DNA from: a virus
Lineage: Duplodnaviria > Caudoviricetes
IMG/VR virus record: IMGVR_UViG_3300025543_000001
Span: 533-64,532 of that record
Reading direction: 5' to 3' (one strand)
DNA length: 64,000 nt
Position 1 is the first letter of the stretch. Each line of letters starts with the position of its first letter. Below are positions 58,152 to 64,000 of the stretch, piece after piece. A program made the position numbers and the translations under genes. The notes under the pieces are model-generated. The model was not told the DNA's origin, did no database searches, and saw only the letters and a list, made by a program, of their open reading frames with translations.

Positions 58152-58583
58152 TATCCGTTTAATCCTAATTATTAGGCAGAAACTTTCAATATTTCTGCAT
58201 CGACGCCAACAGCAGGACGGCAGGATTCAGGCACAGCACACAGAGCGCACAACAGCCGTTGCCCCCAATTCATTTGAGCGTGGAAGGGGAAGGGCAGGTT
58301 TTAAGGGAAGCCTCCCCCTCTCTCTCTTTCGTGGAGAGTGCAAGCTTGCGCCCTTGCATCCCTGCCATTTCGTGTCGGACTCGACACTGCACCGGGGCGT
58401 GTACCCTGCCATCAATCGGTACAGGGCAGGCGGTTCGAACCGCTGAGGTAAAACGCCAAAAAATCGGGACAACGCTCGGCAATCCCGACCCCCACCCCTC
58501 GAAAAAAAATCGGTTTCCATATCGAGGCGCGTCGCGTAATGTGTATATATAGCCCCCTTGCTTTCTGTATCTAGAAAAAGAAT

Positions 58584-58591
58584 TACCTTTG
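58584..58591 (+). promoter_or_regulatory. Bacteroidota-type -7 promoter element
   Basis: TACCTTTG only 3 nt before ATG 58595 (leaderless or near-leaderless if real). Confidence 0.45.
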
Positions 58592-58594
58592 GCT

Positions 58595-58738
58595 ATGGGC
58601 TGGGAACTTTCTATTCATAACCGAGTTAACATTGGGTTTTGTCTTGGTTGGGCTTGGTATCCTATCGACTCTGACTTTGACCATTCGGAGTTTATTTTAT
58701 TCTTGGGCTTGGTCAGCTTGAATTTAAAGATGTACTGA
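58595..58738 (+). CDS. Small hydrophobic protein (47 aa, not in ORF track)
   Basis: MGWELSIHNRVNIGFCLGWAWYPIDSDFDHSEFILFLGLVSLNLKMY; TGATG-coupled to next ORF. Confidence 0.6.
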   Translation: MGWELSIHNRVNIGFCLGWAWYPIDSDFDHSEFILFLGLVSLNLKMY

Positions 58739-58905
58739 TGGACGGATTAAATATTAAAGATGGTCGTTTGGTTAACGACCGTTTACCAGGAGAGACTGGG
58801 ATTGCTCAGGCTGCTCGTTATCGTCAAATGAAGAAGCGTTCTGAAAAAATTAGTATGATTGCCGATGCTATTAATTTAGCAGATATGCGTGAGGGCGATA
58901 TGTAA
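58738..58905 (+). CDS. Small hypothetical protein (55 aa, not in ORF track)
   Basis: MDGLNIKDGRLVNDRLPGETGIAQAARYRQMKKRSEKISMIADAINLADMREGDM; followed by terminator. Confidence 0.7.
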   Translation: MDGLNIKDGRLVNDRLPGETGIAQAARYRQMKKRSEKISMIADAINLADMREGDM

Positions 58906-58927
58906 TTTTGCGTTTGGTTTTTTGGTT

Positions 58928-58955
58928 AAAGGGAGGTCGGGGGCCTCCTTTTTTT
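58928..58955 (+). terminator. Rho-independent terminator
   Basis: GGAGGTC-ggg-GGCCTCC followed by T7. Confidence 0.7.
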
Positions 58956-59134
58956 GTGTAGACTTTTTTGATTTTAGGGTAATTTTTTTCCCTTGATTTT
59001 TTCAGGCAAAAATTTGGAGGGTAAAAAAAACTGTTAAAATGGGCAAATAGTGTCGACTCTCGACACAAAAATGTTGACTTTAAAAATCGGCAACACAGAA
59101 AAAAATCAGTCTTTACTGGTCTTACAGAAGGAAA

Positions 59135-59233
59135 TGTTAAGAATGTTAACTTTACCCCCTACTATAGAGATTCAAGAAATATAAAAAGAGTAACTGTTAT
59201 ATATATATATATAGGGAGACATAAACTCAACAC
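59135..59233. other. Putative replication origin, copy 2
   Basis: TGTTAAGAATGTTAACTTT identical to 49091-49109, (TA)8GGG, TCAACAC with similar spacing. Confidence 0.5.
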
Positions 59234-59274
59234 TCGTCACTTTGTCAATGTGTTGTAATTTGGCAAAAAAAACA

Positions 59275-60321
59275 ATGCGCTTCCTTTTGGTTTTTTGCTT
59301 TCTTCCTGTTTTTTTATTTGGTCAGGATATGTGTGCTACGGAGTATGATTCTATAGTGTATGATTTCCCTTCTTTATTTACTGAGCCTGAGTGGAAAAAT
59401 ATACCTGTTGTGGTACACATCTGTTATTCGGACAGTTTGGGTGGATGGTTTAGTGAGGAGTATGTAGAGGAGGCAATTGCTGACTTAAACGATGATATGG
59501 CTGAGGCTATGATATCGGTCACGTTAGAGCACGTGGGCTATCAAGATTTAGAGCATTATGGTTGGTATGATTCATATGCTGCTGGCGGCAGTTGGTGTTT
59601 TCCTACGTATGGAACGCAGAACAGCATTTTAGCTATTGACCAGTATCTACCTGACTGGGACCCTGACCACTATTGCAACATCTATGTGATACCAAAGATG
59701 TGCAGCAGCACTTTGGGTTGGTCTTATGTAACCGTCTCGACTAGCAATGCTAGGGACGGCATATGGTTGCGGTCTGACATATTTGGTTTGGGGAGTACTC
59801 ACCCAAGGAATAATCAGAATAAGGTGTTAACTCACGAGATGGGTCACTACTGCGGGTTGCATCACGTCTTCCAATCGGTTGGTTACTGCGGGAACGACTT
59901 TGGGATTCCTTGTGATGTTTACGGCGATTTTGTTTGCGACACACCACCGACAAAGGTTCAGTGGACGTGCGACCCACCTGTATGTCCAGAGGAGCTGTAC
60001 GACTATACTGCGGACAATCATATGGACTACTATCCAGACTCGTGCCGCCATCATTTCACACCAGGTCAAGTTGAGCGTATGCATAGTATGTTGTCGTACA
60101 ACAGGGGAGGTTTATTTGGGGGTCTACCAGTGTGTTTGGGTGATGTCAACGGTGACTATATCATTGGTTCAGCGGACTTAATGTTGTTACTAAGCTGCTG
60201 GGGTTTGTATGGTTGTTCGTCGGGAGACTTTAATTATAGCGGTGTAGTGAACGTGTACGACCTAAATATATTTTTAAGTCTTTACGGAACTATATGCGAG
60301 GGGCATCCGTTGTGGGATTAA
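59275..60321 (+). CDS. Secreted M43 (ulilysin/pappalysin-like) zinc metalloprotease with C-terminal dockerin-like repeats
   Basis: Signal peptide MRFLLVFCFLPVFLFG; IPVVVH; HEMGHYCGLHH; NHMDY Met-turn; GDVNGD and GDFNYSG Ca-binding repeats. Confidence 0.85.
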   Translation: MRFLLVFCFLPVFLFGQDMCATEYDSIVYDFPSLFTEPEWKNIPVVVHICYSDSLGGWFSEEYVEEAIADLNDDMAEAMISVTLEHVGYQDLEHYGWYDSYAAGGSWCFPTYGTQNSILAIDQYLPDWDPDHYCNIYVIPKMCSSTLGWSYVTVSTSNARDGIWLRSDIFGLGSTHPRNNQNKVLTHEMGHYCGLHHVFQSVGYCGNDFGIPCDVYGDFVCDTPPTKVQWTCDPPVCPEELYDYTADNHMDYYPDSCRHHFTPGQVERMHSMLSYNRGGLFGGLPVCLGDVNGDYIIGSADLMLLLSCWGLYGCSSGDFNYSGVVNVYDLNIFLSLYGTICEGHPLWD

Positions 60322-60325
60322 TTTG

Positions 60326-60333
60326 TAGATTTG
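60326..60333 (+). promoter_or_regulatory. Bacteroidota-type -7 promoter element before groEL
   Basis: TAGATTTG in the intergenic gap. Confidence 0.55.
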
Positions 60334-60353
60334 CGTTATTAAAATCCAATTAA

Positions 60354-61979
60354 ATGTTTACACCTAAGAATATCATCTTTGATGATGAGGGTCGTTCTAA
60401 ATTACGCGATGGCATTACTAAGATGTCGAACGCTGTCAAGAGCACCCTTGGCCCTAGCGGGCAAACTGTCATTATAGAATCGGAGCAACACACCCACGGA
60501 ATTACGGTTACGAAGGATGGGGTGACGGTTGCTAAGTCTATCCATCTGATGGATGCTGTTGAGAACTTAGCGGTACGTATTATGCGTGAGGCATCGGAGC
60601 GTACGAGTACGCAGGCGGGCGATGGTACGACTACGGCTATCGTCTTGACGGAGGCTTTGATAAAGGTGACGGAGAGTTTTGTGAGCGACTATAGCGACAT
60701 CAATAAAACGGACTTCTTGCGGTTTTTATCTATCTTAAGTGAGGATACCATTAAACGATTGGGTGCTTCGGCGACTAAGCTGACGAGCAAGAAGATGCTG
60801 GACGTGGCGACTATCTCGGCGAATAACGACAGGGGGCTGGGTAAGATAATCTCTGACGTCTATAAAGAGGTTGGCGGCGACGGTGTGGTGACGGTTGAGA
60901 ACGGTCAGCTTCCGAGCACGTATTATGAGGTAACGAAGGGTATGCGATTTGAGCGCGGGTACACCTCGTCGCTTTTTGTGAATAACCACGAGACGGACGA
61001 GTGTGTGCTGGAGGACTGCTACGTGATGGTATGCGGGAACGAGATAAACAGTCCGCTACAGATAGAGAATGTATTAAAAGAAATTATAGGTGACAGGCAT
61101 AAACTGTTGTTGGTGGCTCCTTGTTCAGTAAATTTCATCAATACGATGGGTGCCAACGTAATGCAGAACGGCATTAAGTTCTGTAATGTCAACCCGCCTC
61201 AGTTTGGCTGGAAGCAGGAGGAGGTGATGAGCGACTTAGCGTTATCGTTGGGCGCTAAGTATTTCTCAGAGAAGACGGGCGACGACTTGTCCTTGATGAC
61301 TATGGCGGATTTAGGGTTCGCGAAAAAGGTGGTGGTGAAGCGCGACCACACCATCGTGATGCGTGACGAAACGAAGGTGGCCCAGGTGGATATAGACCAG
61401 CGGGTATCGGAGTTACGTGCGGCATTTGAGAATACGAACAAAAAAGAGGAGAAGGATTTTTTCTTGGAGCGAATTGCCAGCTTAGCGGGCGGCGTTGGCG
61501 TCATCTATGTAGGTGGCAACACAGACTTAGAGCAGAAGGAGCGTTATGACAGGGTTGACGACGCGGTCTGCGCGGTGCGCTCAGCCTTGATGGAGGGTAT
61601 CGTCCCTGGCGGCGGCATTGCTTTGCTTGAGCAGTCGGAGAGGCTCAGTGTGCTAAGCTTAAAGGATGGTGTGTCAAAGGAAGAGACCTTGGCCGCTAAG
61701 GTGCTTGCTGTTGCTCTGGAGGCTCCATTTCATCAGATAATCATCAACGCTGGCATCAAAGTCGATGACGTCCTAAACAAAATTATCGGACACAAAGAAC
61801 GAGGCTACGGTTTTAACGTCAAAACACGCACGTACGGCAATATGATGCGCCAAGGGGTAGTTGACCCTGCCAAAGTCACTAAAAGTGCCTTACGTAACGC
61901 TATTAGCGTCGCTACAACAATTTTAAGTACTAATGCTATCATCACATCAGCCCGCACCTATGAGGAAGCTAGTAAGTGA
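60354..61979 (+). CDS. groL: Chaperonin GroEL (Cpn60)
   Basis: STLGPSG, TKDGVTVAK, AGDGTTTA, ATISAN, GMRFERGY, EGIVPGGG, GVVDPAKVT; no GGM tail. Confidence 0.95.
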   Translation: MFTPKNIIFDDEGRSKLRDGITKMSNAVKSTLGPSGQTVIIESEQHTHGITVTKDGVTVAKSIHLMDAVENLAVRIMREASERTSTQAGDGTTTAIVLTEALIKVTESFVSDYSDINKTDFLRFLSILSEDTIKRLGASATKLTSKKMLDVATISANNDRGLGKIISDVYKEVGGDGVVTVENGQLPSTYYEVTKGMRFERGYTSSLFVNNHETDECVLEDCYVMVCGNEINSPLQIENVLKEIIGDRHKLLLVAPCSVNFINTMGANVMQNGIKFCNVNPPQFGWKQEEVMSDLALSLGAKYFSEKTGDDLSLMTMADLGFAKKVVVKRDHTIVMRDETKVAQVDIDQRVSELRAAFENTNKKEEKDFFLERIASLAGGVGVIYVGGNTDLEQKERYDRVDDAVCAVRSALMEGIVPGGGIALLEQSERLSVLSLKDGVSKEETLAAKVLAVALEAPFHQIIINAGIKVDDVLNKIIGHKERGYGFNVKTRTYGNMMRQGVVDPAKVTKSALRNAISVATTILSTNAIITSARTYEEASK

Positions 61980-62214
61980 TTGGTTAGCGGACATTGGGGA
62001 GACATCTCTCTTTGCCGACGGCTTTGACGATGCGATTATCGGTTTATCGTATGACCCGCTTGCGGGTGCTTACCGTGTATGCTACAGTATAGAGAAGTGT
62101 CACGAGTGTTTGGTTGGCGACGGTGATATGTCTCTTGACGACGCCATCGAGTATTTTGAGTATAACGTCATTGGTTCTTATATGGGGCCTGAGACACCAA
62201 TCTTTGTGATATGA
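61960..62214 (+). CDS. Hypothetical phage protein
   Basis: ADGFDDAIIG...AIEYFEYNVIGSYMGPETPIF; likely start at 61960. Confidence 0.75.
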   Translation: MRKLVSDWLADIGETSLFADGFDDAIIGLSYDPLAGAYRVCYSIEKCHECLVGDGDMSLDDAIEYFEYNVIGSYMGPETPIFVI

Positions 62215-62468
62215 AGCCAATTAATAAATACATTGTCATAGACCCTATCGATGAGCAGTTGGTCTCTTCGTCGGGTTTGATTCTATCTACGGAAGACGCC
62301 AAGGCATTCCGCTATAAGAAAGCTAAAGTGGTAGAGCCTGGCACTCAGGTAGACACGATTAATAAGGGCGATGTTATCTACTACGATAAGAACGCTGGTC
62401 ACTCTATGATGATAGGCGATGCTACGTACACCATTATTCTTGAGAGGGACGTTGTTGTTGTCTTATAG
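62211..62468 (+). CDS. groS: Co-chaperonin GroES (Cpn10)
   Basis: MKPINKYIVI...SGLIL...KVVEPG...GDVIYY...ILERDVV. Confidence 0.85.
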   Translation: MKPINKYIVIDPIDEQLVSSSGLILSTEDAKAFRYKKAKVVEPGTQVDTINKGDVIYYDKNAGHSMMIGDATYTIILERDVVVVL

Positions 62469-62913
62469 ACTGGTTGATTTTCTTTATGTAGTTACGGTAT
62501 ACTACATCGGTATATGGTGCGCTCTTTTTGAACATAGGGTTTGCTGATTGCGTTTCTGCAAATTCTTGCCCGTTAAGTTTATTGTATACGGCATTGAGCA
62601 TTGCTCTTCCTTTGTATGACAGTTCGTACAGGGCTTTCTGGTTGCCTTTACGCTTTCTAAATACGTGTATCCATCCGTCACGCAAGAGGTCGGAGAACCG
62701 TTTTTTGTTCCAGCTCATCAGCTGGTTATATTCATCGAATGTGTCTTTAGTAAAGTACGATTCTGAGTATAGGAAGAGAAGCATTTCTAGCTCTACGGTT
62801 CCGAGTCCGTAGTTTGATTTCACCCACCTACGTATTACGCGCCAGTACTTTAGGTAGTCGTTGGGTGGTTCTGTGCGGCTGTAACGCTTGCGAATATTCT
62901 TGTGAATCTTCAT
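62434..62913 (-). CDS. Winged-helix-like DNA-binding protein, antisense to the surrounding block
   Basis: LGTVELEMLLFL...FSDLLRDGWI...LYELSYKGR resembles a MarR-type wing; likely start MKIHK at 62913. Confidence 0.6.
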   Translation of the reverse strand: MKIHKNIRKRYSRTEPPNDYLKYWRVIRRWVKSNYGLGTVELEMLLFLYSESYFTKDTFDEYNQLMSWNKKRFSDLLRDGWIHVFRKRKGNQKALYELSYKGRAMLNAVYNKLNGQEFAETQSANPMFKKSAPYTDVVYRNYIKKINQSIRQQQRPSQE

Positions 62914-62926
62914 TAAATTTAATTTG

Positions 62927-62934
62927 TAACTTTG
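62927..62934 (+). promoter_or_regulatory. Bacteroidota-type -7 promoter element
   Basis: TAACTTTG 16 nt before ATG 62951. Confidence 0.55.
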
Positions 62935-62950
62935 GTCAAAGTTATAAGTT

Positions 62951-63106
62951 ATGGCTGGACGCACTAAAAAAACTGGCAATAAGATTTGCCCTGCTGGAAT
63001 TGCTTGGGCTAAACGCACCTTTGACCGCTACCCATCGGCTTACGCTAATATGGCTGCAAGCAAATATTGCAAAGACCCTAACTACGCAAAAAAATCAAAG
63101 AAATAA
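62951..63106 (+). CDS. Small basic protein (51 aa, not in ORF track)
   Basis: MAGRTKKTGNKICPAGIAWAKRTFDRYPSAYANMAASKYCKDPNYAKKSKK. Confidence 0.75.
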   Translation: MAGRTKKTGNKICPAGIAWAKRTFDRYPSAYANMAASKYCKDPNYAKKSKK

Positions 63107-63183
63107 TGGCATCATACGGAAAGCCCTGCACTCAGAAGGTTAAGTCTGCTTCAAAGAAAAAAACTAAGAAATCCAAGAAATAA
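63106..63183 (+). CDS. Tiny basic peptide (25 aa)
   Basis: MASYGKPCTQKVKSASKKKTKKSKK, TAATG-coupled on both sides. Confidence 0.6.
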   Translation: MASYGKPCTQKVKSASKKKTKKSKK

Positions 63184-63701
63184 TGGCTAAGAAAGAATAC
63201 ACCAAGACCAAGTCAACGGGTCGCCGAACGGTCACTAAGACTAAAGCTGCTGACGGCAGCAAGAGTAAAACCGTTACAAAAAAAGAACGCAAAGGCACAA
63301 CAGTCACTAAGAACAAGACTAAACAAAATTTTGGTAGCATTACCAAAAAATCCAAGTCGAAAACTAAATCGATGTTGGGCGGCAAAAAGGTAATCAGCAC
63401 ATCAAAGTCAGTCGAGCGAAGAAAAAACCCAGGGCAAGAGGCAAAAAAAACTGTAACTAGAACAGGAAGCCGAGACCTTAAAAAGATGGGAATGGGTTCG
63501 GAGAAAGCTTTGAAGCAAACTCAAAAGTATGCTAAAGGTCAATATCTCAAGAAAAGAGTTACTCGGTCGGGAAGCGCTGAGACTTATACAGGTAGGCCAA
63601 ATGATGATATGGGGGGTGGCCTCAGATATAATCGTCAAGGAGCCGCTAAGAAAAGCATCCAAGGTAGAAGCGTTACCGAAAAAATGAGTAAGAGAAGATA
63701 A
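63183..63701 (+). CDS. K/T-rich highly basic protein (possible DNA-condensing)
   Basis: 172 aa low-complexity basic. Confidence 0.7.
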   Translation: MAKKEYTKTKSTGRRTVTKTKAADGSKSKTVTKKERKGTTVTKNKTKQNFGSITKKSKSKTKSMLGGKKVISTSKSVERRKNPGQEAKKTVTRTGSRDLKKMGMGSEKALKQTQKYAKGQYLKKRVTRSGSAETYTGRPNDDMGGGLRYNRQGAAKKSIQGRSVTEKMSKRR

Positions 63702-63943
63702 TGGGAGAGCTAAAGAAATGGCGGGACCAGAAATGGGTTCGTATTGGTACTGACGGTTCTATCCTTGGTGCTTGTGGCACGAGCAAGGACACAAAGAACC
63801 CTGACCGCTGCCTGCCATTATCTAAGGCTAATTCTATGAGTAAATCTGAGCGAGCTGCTACAGCCCGTAGGAAGAAACGACGAGGAGGGAGCAAGCGTCA
63901 GTTTGTTTCTAATACGGCGGCAGGTCGTGTAACGAATAGTTGA
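63701..63943 (+). CDS. Small basic phage protein
   Basis: LKKWRDQKWVRIG..G..CG...PDRCLP. Confidence 0.75.
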   Translation: MGELKKWRDQKWVRIGTDGSILGACGTSKDTKNPDRCLPLSKANSMSKSERAATARRKKRRGGSKRQFVSNTAAGRVTNS

Positions 63944-63944
63944 T

Positions 63945-64000
63945 ATGGCGAATAAGAGCAAGATGAAATGTAACAGCCCTACTCGGTCGGACCGAGCGGG
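63945..64000 (+). CDS. 5' end of small basic protein (truncated)
   Basis: MANKSKMKCNSPTRSDRA... Confidence 0.55.
   Translation, partial: MANKSKMKCNSPTRSDRA

Larger units (their letters stand above)
52840..59066. repeat. Dense cluster of ten GTGTCG-N4-CGACAC palindromes
   Basis: Cores start at 52840, 54533, 55299, 55924, 56386, 56799, 57234, 58004, 58372, and 59050 (N5 variant). Confidence 0.92.

Noticed and set aside
56386-58552. Plus-strand ORFs 56386..56922, 56946..57380, 57462..58034, 58135..58446, 58259..58552
   Set aside because: Antisense shadows of GC-richer early genes or non-coding junction; no plausible leaders or motifs
52840-59066. CRISPR array or integron attC array
   Set aside because: Repeats are only 16-18 bp, irregularly spaced by hundreds of bp and often intragenic; no cas gene or integrase seen
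1-64000. Stop-codon reassignment as in some crAss-like phages
   Set aside because: Genes tile densely under the standard code, and TAG and TGA end genes at sensible coupled junctions

Overview
This window is most of a tailed dsDNA phage genome, probably podovirus-like and infecting marine Bacteroidota/Flavobacteria. The host call rests on TAnnTTTG -7 promoter boxes, A-rich leaders without Shine-Dalgarno sequences, and a gene set resembling phi38:1/crAss-related phages. The + strand arm (58.6-64 kb, continuing at 1-43.3 kb) carries an M43 metalloprotease, GroEL/GroES, small basic proteins, a 2336-aa repeat adhesin, lysis genes, terminase, portal, scaffold, capsid, tail and ejection proteins, and a 4162-aa polyvalent protein. 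The - strand arm (58.2 down to 43.4 kb) carries early genes and recombination/replication genes. I saw no DNA polymerase, RNA polymerase, integrase, full tRNA or CRISPR array. Main observations: (1) 16 copies of the palindrome GTGTCG-N4-CGACAC whose density rises toward the arm junction at ~58.4 kb, some written in-frame into unrelated proteins; (2) a repeated early intergenic module of a tRNA-top-half-like RNA plus that palindrome with fixed spacing; (3) enzyme cassettes in the giant protein (4 ART-like, GNAT, HhH-like) delimited by (V/M)APRQQ repeats; (4) a small basic gene overprinted in the +1 frame of the giant gene; (5) a duplicated origin-like element. All family calls come from motif recognition by eye, not from database searches.
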